Below the pieces are notes generated by a model, which did no database searches, was not told where the DNA came from, and worked only from the letters and a program-made list of their open reading frames with translations. A DNA stretch of 64,000 nucleotides, from the NCBI GenBank assembly GCA_020445605.1, contig JAGRGH010000054.1:18705-82704 (forward strand), written 5' to 3'. Positions 62,885 through 64,000 of this stretch are shown here, in pieces. Position 1 is the first letter of the stretch. Each line of letters opens with the position of its first letter. The DNA comes from Chromatiales bacterium. Lineage in GTDB: Bacteria; Pseudomonadota; Gammaproteobacteria; JAGRGH01. Both the position numbers and the translations under genes were made by a program.

Positions 62885-63865
62885 ATGCAGATCAAGGCCA
62901 TTCGCATGCACGCCCACGGCGGACCAGAGGTACTGCGCTGGGAAGAGGTCGAACTCGTCGAGCCTGGCCCGGGCAGCGTGCGGGTGCGTCACCATGCGGT
63001 GGGCCTGAACTACATCGACGTCTATCACCGCACGGGGCAGTACCCGACGCCGTCTCTGCCCTGCACGATCGGGATGGAGGCCGCCGGGGTCGTCGAGGCC
63101 CTCGGGGATGGTGTCGGCACGCTCGCCGTGGGCGATCGTGTGGCCTACGCCACACCGCCGCTCGGTGCCTATGCCGAGGCGCGCAATCTGGCCGCGGACC
63201 GGCTCGTGAGACTGCCCGATTGCATATCGTTCGAAACGGGCGCGGCCATGATGCTCCAGGGCATGACGGTGGAATATCTGCTGCGCCGAACGTATCCGTT
63301 GCAGGCCGGGCAGACCGTACTGTTCCATGCCGCGGCCGGCGGCGTGGGTCTGATCTTCTGTCAGTGGGCGCGACAGATCGGCGCGACGGTGATCGGCACG
63401 GTCGGCAGCGCGCAGAAGGCCGACCTCGCGCGGGCGCATGGTTGTACGCACACCATTCTCTATCGCGAAGAGAACGTGGTGGAGCGCGTACGCGAATTGA
63501 CCGGTGGCAAGGGTGTCGACGTGGTCTACGACGGTGTCGGCAAGGATACCTGGATCACCTCGCTCGACAGCCTGCGCGTGCGCGGGATGATGGTGAGTTT
63601 CGGTAGTTCCTCGGGCAAGGTGCCGCCGCTGGAACTGGCCGACCTCACCTCGCGCGGCTCGCTGTACCTGACCCGCCCGACCCTGATGACCTATACCGCG
63701 GCGCCGGATGAGTTGCAGGCCAGCGCGGCCGCGCTGTTCGGCATGGTCGATCGTGGCATCGTTTCCATTCCGGTGAACCAGCGTTATCCTCTGGCGCAGG
63801 CCTCCGACGCCCACCGGGCGCTGGAGGCGCGCGAGACCGTTGGTTCCAGCGTGCTGGTGGTCTGA
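62885..63865 (+). CDS. qor: NADPH:quinone oxidoreductase (zinc-independent MDR family)
   Basis: MQIKAIRMHAHGGPEVLRWEEVE..., GxGxxG-like AAGGVGL, and size (326 aa) typical of Qor. Confidence 0.85.
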   Translation: MQIKAIRMHAHGGPEVLRWEEVELVEPGPGSVRVRHHAVGLNYIDVYHRTGQYPTPSLPCTIGMEAAGVVEALGDGVGTLAVGDRVAYATPPLGAYAEARNLAADRLVRLPDCISFETGAAMMLQGMTVEYLLRRTYPLQAGQTVLFHAAAGGVGLIFCQWARQIGATVIGTVGSAQKADLARAHGCTHTILYREENVVERVRELTGGKGVDVVYDGVGKDTWITSLDSLRVRGMMVSFGSSSGKVPPLELADLTSRGSLYLTRPTLMTYTAAPDELQASAAALFGMVDRGIVSIPVNQRYPLAQASDAHRALEARETVGSSVLVV

Positions 63866-63872
63866 GATCGAG

Positions 63873-63935
63873 AGCAGCCAGCAGCCAGCAGCCAGCAGCC
63901 AGCGGCCAGCAGCCAGCAGCCAGCAGCCAGCAGCG
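63873..63935. repeat. Heptanucleotide tandem repeat (AGCAGCC)x9 with two single-base variants
   Basis: 4x agcagcc, 1x agcggcc, 3x agcagcc, 1x agcagcg, read directly from the sequence. Lies between the qor stop (63865) and the next ATG (63970). Confidence 0.85.
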
Positions 63936-63969
63936 AGCCTAAGGTAAACCAGACTCTGGGGGAGGACCC

Positions 63970-64000
63970 ATGATTCAGAAACTTGGCGCCTGCATGCTCG
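63970..64000 (+). CDS. Start of an unidentified gene (MIQKLGACML..., partial)
   Basis: ATG at 63970 preceded by GGGGGAGGA. Only 10 codons are inside the window. Confidence 0.35.
   Translation, partial: MIQKLGACML

Overview
The window is from a GC-rich (~67% GC) gammaproteobacterial chromosome (Xanthomonadales/Nevskiales-like, with Pseudomonas-like gene order). All calls rest on motif recognition in the supplied six-frame translations; no database search was possible. Most of it is tightly packed core genome. Reading left to right:
- minus-strand run: HhH membrane protein (partial), OmpA-family protein, sulfotransferase, metallophosphoesterase, SDR, rmuC, gph, ubiG;
- anmK, M23 peptidase, tyrS;
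- partial type II secretion set gspE-F-G-H-I only;
- complete aa3 cytochrome-c-oxidase biogenesis cluster (DUF2244, coxB, coxA, small ORF, ctaG, coxC, DUF2909, SURF1, SCO-like, ctaA, ctaB);
- rpoH, ftsX, ftsE, ftsY;
- two M16 peptidases, rsmD, coaD, ferredoxin, ggt;
- cinA-C, recA;
- two-subunit GMC dehydrogenase, nupC;
- malonate-utilisation cluster (GntR regulator, TRAP dctPQM, HAD, matA, TauE, matB, thioesterase, qor).
Regions that look accessory:
- a secreted cadherin-like-x2 + DUF1800 protein paired with a Tat-exported DUF1501 protein, placed after ctaB where senC sits in Pseudomonas;
- a block holding two DUF1566/PEP-CTERM surface proteins on either side of a divergent EF-G paralog, a histidine-phosphatase homolog with RHG changed to RNA, and three copies of an ~80-bp REP-like repeat;
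- a dual cNMP-binding + rhodanese + long coiled-coil protein coupled to a Rieske protein;
- a heptanucleotide (AGCAGCC) array of 9 units just upstream of the last (partial) gene.
No tRNA, rRNA, CRISPR array, integrase or transposase was seen.
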